In this document: positions 32,031 to 40,324 of the stretch, one piece after another
How the letters are laid out: the number at the start of each line of letters is the position of its first letter
Numbering within the stretch: the stretch's first letter is position 1
Assembly (NCBI GenBank): GCA_963798915.1
Contig: CAWCVB010000003.1
Location: 32,001 to 96,000 of the forward strand
Direction of reading: 5' to 3'
Length of the DNA stretch: 64,000 nucleotides
Origin: an uncultured Gemmatimonadales bacterium
GTDB lineage: Bacteria > Gemmatimonadota > Gemmatimonadetes > Gemmatimonadales > GWC2-71-9
Made by a program: the position numbers and the translations under genes
Notes under the pieces: model-generated
What the model saw: the letters and a program-made list of their open reading frames with translations, nothing else
What the model was told of the DNA's origin: nothing
Database searches by the model: none

Positions 32031-32450
32031 ATGCTTCGATTTCTCGCCGTTGGCGCCATCACCGTCCTGGCCGCCGCGCCGCTTTCCGCCCAGATTGCCC
32101 CGCCGATGGATTCGCTCGAGCTTGGCCGCAAGGCCTCGGAGTGGTTCTTCGTCGGGAAGACTGACAGCCTGTGGGCTCATGTGGCCGACACGACTGCATG
32201 GAAGTCGAAGGCGGAGTTTACGGAAGGACTGAAGTCGAACCTTGCGGAGCTGGTGAGCCGAGCCGGGTTCGAGGAAAAGGTGCTGAAGGAAGAATTCGTG
32301 AAGCGGCATGGCGAGACGCAGTACTGGCGAACCGGCCGATACACCACATTCGACGACCCGGTCATGGTTCGCTGGGTGATTATCGGCGGCCGGATTGCTG
32401 GCTTCGGGATGAATCCTGCCAGTCAGGCGCCGGAGAGGGATCCGTCGTAG
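32031..32450 (+). CDS. Hypothetical secreted protein
   Basis: Signal peptide MLRFLAVG..PLSA-Q; SD GGAG. Confidence 0.7.
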   Translation: MLRFLAVGAITVLAAAPLSAQIAPPMDSLELGRKASEWFFVGKTDSLWAHVADTTAWKSKAEFTEGLKSNLAELVSRAGFEEKVLKEEFVKRHGETQYWRTGRYTTFDDPVMVRWVIIGGRIAGFGMNPASQAPERDPS

Positions 32451-32526
32451 CCGGCTGGACGGCTGGAGCTCGAAGGCAGAGCACTAGCCGCCTGGCCGTC
32501 CTGCCGTCTTGCCGTCTAGCCGGCTG
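32449..32526. repeat. Degenerate octamer arrays (GGACGGCT / GCCGTCTT-like), inverted, between convergent genes
   Basis: gccgcctg gccgtcct gccgtctt gccgtcta gccggctg at 32487-32526. Confidence 0.7.
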
Positions 32527-32998
32527 TGAGCGGAACCAATCTCGCCCTGGGCGGAATGCCCGGCTCGAGCTCCATGATACCCACCGACGGCGGAAGATCG
32601 AAGCGGCGGGGTCCGGCGCCGCCCGGGTTCATCACCGTCACCACCACATCTACGGTCGTGAGCAGCGGGCGATGGGTATGCCCGTAGACGATGATCTCGG
32701 CATCGGGAAAGGCGGCGTTGAGTTTCTCAGGTGACGGAGCACCAAGCTGGTCCCCATGCGTCACGACGATATCGAACCCATCAAGGCGGATCGACGCCAC
32801 CTGTGGCAAGCGCTCGCGCAGGTCCCACCCGTCGGTGTTGCCATACACCGCCGTCACCGGCGCCAGCGCTTCCAGTTCGGTCAGGAGTTCCGGTGGCCCC
32901 ACATCGCCAGCGTGGAGAATGTGGTCCACTTCAGCGAAGGCTTCGAACACCTCAGGTCGAAGCAGCCCGTGGGTGTCGGAGATGATGCCCAGCCTCAC
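32516..32998 (-). CDS. YfcE-like metallophosphoesterase
   Basis: ISDTHG, HAGD, VYGNTD, THG, GHTH, NPG; GTG start at 32998. Confidence 0.9.
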   Translation of the reverse strand: MRLGIISDTHGLLRPEVFEAFAEVDHILHAGDVGPPELLTELEALAPVTAVYGNTDGWDLRERLPQVASIRLDGFDIVVTHGDQLGAPSPEKLNAAFPDAEIIVYGHTHRPLLTTVDVVVTVMNPGGAGPRRFDLPPSVGIMELEPGIPPRARLVPLTAG

Positions 32999-33606
32999 GC
33001 GTGGTTGTCCTGATCGCCTTGCCAGCGCGGGCCGACCTGGATGTCCAGTTCGAGGTGATCGAGCACCCGCTGAACTACAAAGTCCACCAGCTCGGAGACT
33101 CTGGTCGGCCGGTGGTAGAATCCCGGTGCCGCCGGAATGATCGTGGCGCCGGCCTCGGCGAGCAGGGTGAGATTGCGCAGGTGCACCAGCGACAATGGGG
33201 TCTCCCGGGGGACGACGATGAGGCGCCGACGCTCCTTGAGCGTCACGTCGGCCGCCCGCTCCACCAGCGAGCGGCTGCTCCCATGCGCAATCGCGGATAC
33301 GGTACCCATGGAACAGGGGCAGATCACCATTCCTGCGGTGCGCTGGCTGCCGGAGGCGGGCAACGCTCCCCGGTCCCCGTCGGGAAAGGTCGTGACGCGC
33401 GCCCACTGGCCGCCGGTCGCCTCGCGAAGCTCGTCGAGCGAACTGATGCCGCACTCGTCACGCAGCAGCCGCATGCCATGCGACGACGGCACCAGCCAGA
33501 CCGTCACACCTCCGCGGACGAGCGCGTCGAGCAGGCGCACGGCGTAGGGTGCACCGCTTGCGCCCGTGATGGCGAGCACCACCGGCGACCCGTCGGCGCC
33601 GCTCAT
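32995..33606 (-). CDS. ubiX: Flavin prenyltransferase
   Basis: AITGASGAPY, ASGS, PCSMGT, RAADVTLKERR, RETP, PGFY. Confidence 0.95.
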   Translation of the reverse strand: MSGADGSPVVLAITGASGAPYAVRLLDALVRGGVTVWLVPSSHGMRLLRDECGISSLDELREATGGQWARVTTFPDGDRGALPASGSQRTAGMVICPCSMGTVSAIAHGSSRSLVERAADVTLKERRRLIVVPRETPLSLVHLRNLTLLAEAGATIIPAAPGFYHRPTRVSELVDFVVQRVLDHLELDIQVGPRWQGDQDNHA

Positions 33607-34535
33607 GTCAGCCGGTCCAGCAGCGCAAAGGCAAAGACGGTAATGCTCATCACTCCATTCATCGTAAAGAAGGCCGCGTTGAGGCGGCTGAGGTCACCAG
33701 GATGCACCAGTTGGTGTTCGTAGGCCAGGATAGCCGCGCCGAATAGGACGCCGGCGTAATACCAGACGCCGAACCCCGCACCCCACCCGAACACCAGCAG
33801 CAACGGAATGGTGAGCCCGTGCAGCAGTTTGGCCAGGACGATGGCACGCCGCTCGCCCAGCCGCACCACCGCACTGCGCAGCCCCTCACGCGCATCAAAC
33901 TCGGCGTCCGGCAAGGCATAAAAGATGTCGAAACCGGCCACCCAGGTGGCCACGGCCATGGCAATGGCCAGGAGCAGCCAGCCGGGCCGGCTCCACGCCC
34001 CGGTCACGGCCAGATAGCCGCCGACCGGTGCCATGGCGAGGCTCGTGCCCAGCCACAGATGGGGCCACCAGGTAAATCGCTTGCTCAGGCTGTACGCCAT
34101 GATCCAGACTAGCGCCGCCGGAGCCAGCAGGGCGCACAGCGGATTCAGCAGCCCCGCCGCCAGCAGGAAGACCAGACCGGCGACCACCACCGAGATCCAC
34201 GCCTGGCGAAGGCTGAGCGCGCCGCGCGGGAGTTCGCGGGCGTGAGTCCTCGGGTTGCGGGCATCGTAGTGCCGGTCCGCGATGCGATTGAACCCCATCG
34301 CAGCCCAGCGCGCACTGCTGAATGCCACAACCGCAAGCACCACGATGCGCAGAGTCACCGGAGCCACCGCCGTGGCGGCGAGCAACCCGAGCAGCGCGAA
34401 CGGCAGGGCGAAGAGCGTATGGGGCAGCTTCACGAAATTGATGAAGCGGATGGGAAGCGATTGGCCGTGAAAAGTCTGGCCTTCGCGCGTCGAGGGTCGA
34501 GAGTCGAGAGTCGAGGACTCCAGGTCGCCGGTCAT
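33603..34535 (-). CDS. UbiA-like polyprenyltransferase (MqnP-type)
   Basis: VKLPHTLFALPF, AMGFNRIADRHYDARNPRT, YSLSKRFT, GFDIFYA. Confidence 0.9.
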   Translation of the reverse strand: MTGDLESSTLDSRPSTREGQTFHGQSLPIRFINFVKLPHTLFALPFALLGLLAATAVAPVTLRIVVLAVVAFSSARWAAMGFNRIADRHYDARNPRTHARELPRGALSLRQAWISVVVAGLVFLLAAGLLNPLCALLAPAALVWIMAYSLSKRFTWWPHLWLGTSLAMAPVGGYLAVTGAWSRPGWLLLAIAMAVATWVAGFDIFYALPDAEFDAREGLRSAVVRLGERRAIVLAKLLHGLTIPLLLVFGWGAGFGVWYYAGVLFGAAILAYEHQLVHPGDLSRLNAAFFTMNGVMSITVFAFALLDRLT

Positions 34536-34579
34536 CGGTCGTCAGTCATTGGTCGAGCGTCGAGCGTCGAGCGTCGCCC
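34489..34579. repeat. 13-unit GTCNNNN heptamer array spanning the ubiD/ubiA junction
   Basis: gtcgagg gtcgaga gtcgaga gtcgagg actccag gtcgccg gtcatcg gtcgtca gtcattg gtcgagc gtcgagc gtcgagc gtcgccc. Confidence 0.9.
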
Positions 34580-36067
34580 ATTCTCCATCCACGCGTCCAG
34601 GCCCAACTCCGGCATCAATGCATCGACCCGCTGCCTGGTGGCATCGTCCATGATGATGAGATCCGGCCAGGTCCGGGTGAATCCCTCGTCCGCCCACTTT
34701 CGAGTGGCGTCGATGCCCATCTTGCTGCCGAATGTGAAGTGCTGGGAGGAATGATCGAGGACGTCCACGGGCCCGCGGGTGAACATCACGTCCCGCTCGG
34801 GATCGATATTGTTGAGCGCCACCCACCATGCCTCATCCGGATCCTGAACGTTGACGTGCTTGTCGACCACCACGATGACCTTGGCCAGCGCCATCAGGCC
34901 CTGGCCCCAGAGCGCGTGCATCACCTTGTATGCCTGACCGGGATACTGCTTGTCGATCGAAACGAAGACCAGGTTATGGAAGATGCCAGCGGCGGGCATG
35001 TGGTAATCGACAATCTCCGGCACGGTCAGTCTGAGCAGCGGCAGGAAGATCCGTTCGGTGGCGTGGCCCAGGTAATAATCTTCCATGGGCGGGCGACCGA
35101 CCAGCGTGGCCGGATACACCGGGTTGCGCTTCCGGGTGACAGCGGTGACATGCACCTTGGGGTACCAGTCGGCCAGTGAATAGAATCCGGTGTGGTCGCC
35201 GAAGGGACCTTCCAGCACGAGTGGCTCAGCGGGATCGATGTAGCCCTCGATGACAAAATCAGCCTCTGCGGGTACCTCGAGGTCACAGGTGAGCGCCGGC
35301 GCCAGTTCCACGGGGCTCTTGCGCATGAAACCGGCAAAGAGAAACTCGTCGATGCTGGGCGGGAGCGGCGCCGACGCGGCGTAGATGCTGGCGGGGTCGC
35401 CGCCGAGCGCGATCACGACCGGCATGCGCTGGCCGCGCTCCGCCATTTCGCGCCAGTGCGCCGCGCCAACCTTGTGCCGCTGCCAATGCATCGCCAGCGT
35501 GTCCCGGCCCAGCACCTGCACCCGGTACATGCCAACATTGCGGGTGCCGCGCACCGGATCACGGGTGACCACCATCGGGAGCGTAATGTACGGCCCGCCA
35601 TCACCCGGCCACGTGGTGAGGAATGGAATGGCGGAGAGGTCGGCGGCGGCGTCGCGCGCCACGACCTCCTGGCAGGCGGGCTTCCCGCCCCGCACCTTGG
35701 GCGGGAATTTGGCCATCTCGGCCAGCCGGGGCAGCATGGCGAGCTTGCCCATCAGTCCTTCCGGCACCTTGAGCTCGAGCATCTCGCCGATGCGTTCGGC
35801 GATCTCGTCCAGCCGCTCCACGCCCAGCGCGAGCGCCATCCGCCGTGAGGACCCGTAAAGATTGATGGCTACGGGAAACTCGCTGCGACGGCCGTCGTCC
35901 AGAATGACATGCTCGAACAGCAGTGCTGGTCCACCGCCCGCCGCCTTCATGCATCGGTCGGCGATCTCGGCGATTTCAAGCCGGGCCTTCACCGGCTGGG
36001 CGATGCGCACCAGTTCGCCGATGCGGTCGATGGCGGCGAGGAAGTCCGCGAGGGAGTTGAGGGTCAT
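34532..36067 (-). CDS. UbiD-family (menaquinone biosynthesis, MqnL-type) decarboxylase
   Basis: GPALLFE, RNVGMYR, MHWQRHK, EGPFGDHTGFY, GRPPMED, GSKMGIDATRK. Confidence 0.93.
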   Translation of the reverse strand: MTLNSLADFLAAIDRIGELVRIAQPVKARLEIAEIADRCMKAAGGGPALLFEHVILDDGRRSEFPVAINLYGSSRRMALALGVERLDEIAERIGEMLELKVPEGLMGKLAMLPRLAEMAKFPPKVRGGKPACQEVVARDAAADLSAIPFLTTWPGDGGPYITLPMVVTRDPVRGTRNVGMYRVQVLGRDTLAMHWQRHKVGAAHWREMAERGQRMPVVIALGGDPASIYAASAPLPPSIDEFLFAGFMRKSPVELAPALTCDLEVPAEADFVIEGYIDPAEPLVLEGPFGDHTGFYSLADWYPKVHVTAVTRKRNPVYPATLVGRPPMEDYYLGHATERIFLPLLRLTVPEIVDYHMPAAGIFHNLVFVSIDKQYPGQAYKVMHALWGQGLMALAKVIVVVDKHVNVQDPDEAWWVALNNIDPERDVMFTRGPVDVLDHSSQHFTFGSKMGIDATRKWADEGFTRTWPDLIIMDDATRQRVDALMPELGLDAWMENGRRSTLDARPMTDDR

Positions 36068-36852
36068 GGGGTCGCGGGTCGCGGGTCGTGGGTCGTGGAA
36101 CTCGTGACTCGTGACTCATGACCCGCGTCTCGCGACCCAGCATGCGCCACCGTCACGCCGCCCAGGAATCGACGATAGCGAACATCCGTGAACCCGGCGG
36201 CTTCCATGCGCCGAGCCAGGGCATCAGGATCGGGAAAGGCGCGGGTCGAGTCCGGCAGCCATTGGTATGCCGTGCCGTGTCGTGAGACCAGCCGACCGAT
36301 GCGCGGCAGCACATGTTCGAAATAGGCCAGGTACATTCCCCGGAGAGGCTGTGACGGTGGCGTACTCATTTCCAGCACGACCAGCCGGGCACCGGTTTTG
36401 AGCACGCGCGCAGCTTCCCGCAGTCCGGCATCGAGATCAGCCAGGTTGCGGACGCCCCATCCCACCATCGCCCCGTCAAAAGTGCCATCAGCAAAAGGGA
36501 GCTGCAGGGCGTCGGCATTGACCGCGTCCGCCCGGGTCGTCTTTCCCTGCCCGAACTGCAGCATGCGAAGGACGAAGTCGGCTCCGGTGACGCGGCCGCG
36601 GAATCCCCGCTCGCGCGCGAGCGCCGCCGCGAAATCGAGGGTGCCGGCGCAGAGATCGAGATAGTGACCCTCAGGTGCGCGCTCCCAGTCCAGCATCCGA
36701 AGCGCGGCCCGGCGCCAGTGCAGGTCGAGCCGGAAACTGATGACGCGGTTGAGCCGGTCGTAGGTCGGGGCGATGGCATTAAACATCTCCCGGACATACT
36801 TTCTCTTGGCCGGCCCGCCGGCGACTGGTAACTCACGATCTGAGGCGAACAT
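36064..36852 (-). CDS. ubiE: UbiE/MenG quinone C-methyltransferase
   Basis: VREMFNAIAPTYDRLN, LDLCAGT, DALQLPF, GVRN, AYQWLPDS; start at ATG 36852. Confidence 0.9.
   Translation of the reverse strand: MFASDRELPVAGGPAKRKYVREMFNAIAPTYDRLNRVISFRLDLHWRRAALRMLDWERAPEGHYLDLCAGTLDFAAALARERGFRGRVTGADFVLRMLQFGQGKTTRADAVNADALQLPFADGTFDGAMVGWGVRNLADLDAGLREAARVLKTGARLVVLEMSTPPSQPLRGMYLAYFEHVLPRIGRLVSRHGTAYQWLPDSTRAFPDPDALARRMEAAGFTDVRYRRFLGGVTVAHAGSRDAGHESRVTSSTTHDPRPATP
36071..36138. repeat. Inverted heptamer arrays (GTCGYGG x4 / CTCGTGA-like x5) in the 3' end of ubiE
   Basis: gtcgcgg gtcgcgg gtcgtgg gtcgtgg aa ctcgtga ctcgtga ctcatga cccgcgt ctcgcga ccc. Confidence 0.85.
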
Positions 36853-36906
36853 AGGCGCAGAATGTAGCCCTTCCGGAAGCCACACCGCAAGCACGGGCTC
36901 CCCCCG

Positions 36907-37509
36907 GTGAGCACCCCGCAAGGCCTGCAGGGGCGCACCGACCAGGAGGTCGTGGCGCTGGCGCGTTCCGGTCTCGAGGCCGCCTATCGCGAACTGCTGC
37001 GGCGCTATGAGCGACCCATCTTCTCGCTGATCTTCCGCATGGTCCGCGACCGCGAACTGAGCGAGGACTTGGCGCAGGAGACCTTCGTGAAGGCGCTCAA
37101 TGCGCTCGATTCCTACCGGCCCGAGTTCAAGTTCTCTTCCTGGATTTTCAAGATCGCCAACAATACCGCGATCGATCAGCTTCGGCGGCGCGAGCTCGAC
37201 ACCCTCTCGCTTGAGGGATCGCCTCATGCGTCAACGCCGGAGGCCATCGAGGCGACGGCGTTGCAGATCGGAGCGCGACAGGAGACGCCGCTCGACACCG
37301 TCGAGGCCAAGGAACTCGGCGGCCAGATCGAAGCCGCCATCGGAGCGCTGCGGCCTGAGTACCGCGCCTGCATCCTGCTCCGCCACGTCGAGGGACGGCC
37401 CTATGAAGAAATCGCCGAGATCCTCGACCTTCCGCTCGGTACGGTCAAGACATACATCCATCGCGCTCGCAATGAGTTGCGAGACGCATTGGGGCACTTG
37501 CGCGAATGA
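36907..37509 (+). CDS. ECF RNA polymerase sigma factor (SigW/RpoE-like)
   Basis: EDLAQETFVKA, FSSWIFKIANN, YEEIAEILDLPLGTVKTYIHRAR. Confidence 0.95.
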   Translation: MSTPQGLQGRTDQEVVALARSGLEAAYRELLRRYERPIFSLIFRMVRDRELSEDLAQETFVKALNALDSYRPEFKFSSWIFKIANNTAIDQLRRRELDTLSLEGSPHASTPEAIEATALQIGARQETPLDTVEAKELGGQIEAAIGALRPEYRACILLRHVEGRPYEEIAEILDLPLGTVKTYIHRARNELRDALGHLRE

Positions 37510-37533
37510 AACCTTCCCTTTCCAGGCTCCGTA
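37507..37533 (+). promoter_or_regulatory. Putative ECF promoter TGAAAC-N17-CGTA overlapping the sigma stop codon
   Basis: The stop TGA is the first three bases of the -35 element. Confidence 0.5.
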
Positions 37534-37546
37534 GGAGGGCTCACTT

Positions 37547-38149
37547 ATGACCCGATCCCGGCAGCACTTGACGCCCGACGAAATTGACGCGCTGCTTTTT
37601 GGCGAGTCCACGCCTTCGCTCTTTCAGCATGCCCGTGATTGCGATGCGTGTGCGCGCGCCGTTGCCGAGCAGCGCGCGGTCATCCGGGCACTGGAATCAT
37701 TGCGCGAGTTTTCGCCTTCCGAGGACTTTGCCGATCAGGTCATGTTCCAGATCGCGGTTCCCGATCCCTTCGCAATACGCTCCATTGCGTCGGCGCCGGG
37801 CCGGCTGCTGGTCACGGCGCGAAGCCGGGCAGTTGCGGCTTCGGTCGGGGTGCTCCTGGTCGGAGCCATGGCCGCCAGCATCATCTGGACGGCGCTCAAC
37901 CGCGAGGTGCTGGCCTCAGCCGGCCAGTGGATTGGCGGCGAGGCAACCCAATGGTTCTGGGTGCTGCTGCGCGGTACCTTCGCCAATGTCACCGAACAGC
38001 CGTGGTTCGATAGTGTCCGCCAGGGCCTCGGTGCACCAGCCCGACTCGCGGCCGCCTCCGCGGTGGCAATGATGCTCTACGCCGGCGGACTCATGGCGCT
38101 GCGCAAGCTCATGTCTCTCCCGTCGGGGGCGGCACATGCGAGCGCTTAG
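37547..38149 (+). CDS. Zinc-binding (ZAS) membrane anti-sigma factor
   Basis: HxxxCxxC (HARDCDAC), two TM segments, directly after the ECF gene. Confidence 0.85.
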   Translation: MTRSRQHLTPDEIDALLFGESTPSLFQHARDCDACARAVAEQRAVIRALESLREFSPSEDFADQVMFQIAVPDPFAIRSIASAPGRLLVTARSRAVAASVGVLLVGAMAASIIWTALNREVLASAGQWIGGEATQWFWVLLRGTFANVTEQPWFDSVRQGLGAPARLAAASAVAMMLYAGGLMALRKLMSLPSGAAHASA

Positions 38150-39395
38150 GGCGGCACCCGGCGCGCTGCTGCTGCTGGTCCTGCTCGCGGCGTCATTGCA
38201 CGCTGAGCGCCGTTCAGGACGCAAGGCGCCAGACCTGTGGAGTCTGATCCAACAGATGCGTGGTGGCCAGGACGATTCCCTGGGCAACCGGCAGCAGGCA
38301 GAGCACCCGGCGGCCATTCCTCCTGCAGCCGCGGGCGGGCCGGTCATTGACCTCTCGGACCTCTCGCATCCCCTGGAACTGGAGCGTCAGCTGAGCGAGC
38401 TGGGGTCGCTTCCCGACTCGGCGGTTCGCGTCACGCTCACTGGTGGCACGGCCCGCCTTGGCGCGTACAGCATCGGCTCCGACCAGTCGCTTCCCGGGCA
38501 TCTGCTGGTGCTCCGAGGAAACGCCGAGGTCTTCGGCCGCCTGGAGGGCAACCTGGTGACGTACGACGGCGACGTGATCCTGCACCCGGGCGCCATCGTT
38601 TCTGGCGACGTCCTCGCGGTCCATGGCCGGGTGCAGAATGGAGGCGGCGAGATTCAGGGCGAATCCCGCACGCTGGCGGCAGCAGCGACGACCGCTCGCG
38701 CGAAAGCGCCGGCCTCGGCCCTGTCGCTCACCTTCCGGCGGCTGACCGGGGTACTCGGTGTCTTTCTCGCACTCGCGTGCCTGGGCTGGGCGCTGGCCGT
38801 CTTTGCCCGCCACAACCTGCAGATCGTCTCCGATACTACGACGCATAATTTCGGTCGCGCCTTTGTGACCGGACTGATTGGCCAGATCCTGCTGCTGCCC
38901 ACGTTCGGCATGCTGGTCGTCGGCCTGGTGCTGAGCGTGGCCGGGATTCTGCTGCTGCCCTTTGCGGTCGTCGTGTACGCCCTGCTGGTTGTCGTCGGCG
39001 TCATCGGCGGCTTCCTTGCCGTCATGCACGCGATGGGCGAGACCTGGACCCGGCGGCGCCAGGCCGCTGGCGTCATGCTGGGCGACGCAGGAAGCGCCCG
39101 GCTCGTCTTTCTTGGGCTGGGCGTGGTGCTGACGCTCTGGGTGGCGTGGGCGCTGGTCGGCTGGGTGCCGGTGGCTGGCAGCATCGTCCGGGGCGCAGCG
39201 GTCCTGCTCACCTGGCTGCTCGCGACGACCGGTCTCGGAGCGGCAATGCTGTCGAGAGCGGGTGTCAGGGAAAACTTTGCCGGACGGATCATTCCCCCCG
39301 AAGCGCTGACGGACGAATATCTCTGGGCCACGCCTCGGTTTGGCGTTGCGGCCGCCCGTCGGCCCGGGTCACCGACACCACCGCGGCAGCGATGA
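38136..39395 (+). CDS. Membrane protein with bactofilin-like beta-helix region and multiple TM helices
   Basis: GNAEVFGRLEGNLVTYDGDVIL..VSGDVLAVHG..IQGE repeats followed by about 5 TM helices. Confidence 0.7.
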   Translation: MRALRAAPGALLLLVLLAASLHAERRSGRKAPDLWSLIQQMRGGQDDSLGNRQQAEHPAAIPPAAAGGPVIDLSDLSHPLELERQLSELGSLPDSAVRVTLTGGTARLGAYSIGSDQSLPGHLLVLRGNAEVFGRLEGNLVTYDGDVILHPGAIVSGDVLAVHGRVQNGGGEIQGESRTLAAAATTARAKAPASALSLTFRRLTGVLGVFLALACLGWALAVFARHNLQIVSDTTTHNFGRAFVTGLIGQILLLPTFGMLVVGLVLSVAGILLLPFAVVVYALLVVVGVIGGFLAVMHAMGETWTRRRQAAGVMLGDAGSARLVFLGLGVVLTLWVAWALVGWVPVAGSIVRGAAVLLTWLLATTGLGAAMLSRAGVRENFAGRIIPPEALTDEYLWATPRFGVAAARRPGSPTPPRQR

Positions 39396-40237
39396 GGGCG
39401 GCCGGCATCGCGCTGGCCGCACTGCTGGCCGGCGCTGGCCTGCTCAACGCCCAGGAAATGCGCGACTATTCAGTCGCGCGCCAGCGCCATGGTGAGAGCC
39501 GCCTGCAGGCCCGCCTCGAATTCGCGGCCGGTACCATCCAGATCGCGGCCGGCCGGGATGACCAGCTGTACTCCATGCAGCTTCGGTATGACCCGGAGCG
39601 CTTCAGCCCCATCAGCCGCTTCAATGGCGGCGACGGCTCCCTCGCCCTCGGCATCACCAATGCCGGAAAGAGCGGGCTGCGCGTGGCATCGCGGTCACAG
39701 CTCACCCAGACCGCGAGCGTCCAGCTGAGCCCGGCCGTCACCCTTTCGCTCGATGCCACGCTTGGCGCCGCTGACGCGACCATCGAGCTGGGTGGGCTCC
39801 GCCTCGAGGAACTTCGACTCAAGACCGGCGCCAGCCGGACGGCGCTCGCCTTCAGTCGCGCCAACAGCATTCGATGCTCCAGCATGATCGTCGAGTCGGG
39901 CGCCGCCGAGCTCATGCTCGACCACCTGGGCAACAGTCGGTGCGAGACAGTGCGGATCACGGGCGGTATCGGCCTGACGACGCTGGATCTCCGCGGCGTC
40001 TGGGGCGCGCGCAGCACCGTTGCGGTCAAGATGACCGCAGGCGGGCTGGCGCTGCGCATTCCGTCCTCGGTCGGTGTGCGCGTGCGCTCGCAGCAATTTC
40101 TGTCCAGTTTCCCGTCGAAAGGCTGGACCAGGCGGGACGGTGCGCTGCTGTCCCCTGGCTATGATGCGGCGGTCCGCCACGTGGACCTCGCGTTGGAGAC
40201 GGCACTGGGGAACGTGGAAGTGGAGTGGGTGAGGTAA
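39392..40237 (+). CDS. Exported beta-solenoid protein, LiaF/DUF2154/adhesin-like
   Basis: Signal peptide; repeats such as LGAADATIELGGL, TGASRTALAF, GGIGLTTLDL, TALGNVEV; ATGA overlap. Confidence 0.65.
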   Translation: MRAAGIALAALLAGAGLLNAQEMRDYSVARQRHGESRLQARLEFAAGTIQIAAGRDDQLYSMQLRYDPERFSPISRFNGGDGSLALGITNAGKSGLRVASRSQLTQTASVQLSPAVTLSLDATLGAADATIELGGLRLEELRLKTGASRTALAFSRANSIRCSSMIVESGAAELMLDHLGNSRCETVRITGGIGLTTLDLRGVWGARSTVAVKMTAGGLALRIPSSVGVRVRSQQFLSSFPSKGWTRRDGALLSPGYDAAVRHVDLALETALGNVEVEWVR

Positions 40238-40260
40238 GACGGACAGACGGACAGACAGGG
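40237..40260. repeat. Short octamer array (AGACGGAC x2 + AGACAGGG)
   Basis: Begins at the stop codon of 39392..40237. Confidence 0.6.
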
Positions 40261-40324
40261 CCGAACATCGCGCATGGCACCGGAAGGAGCACGGCATGCC
40301 GTGCCCCTGCCCCCGCCTTCCCGC

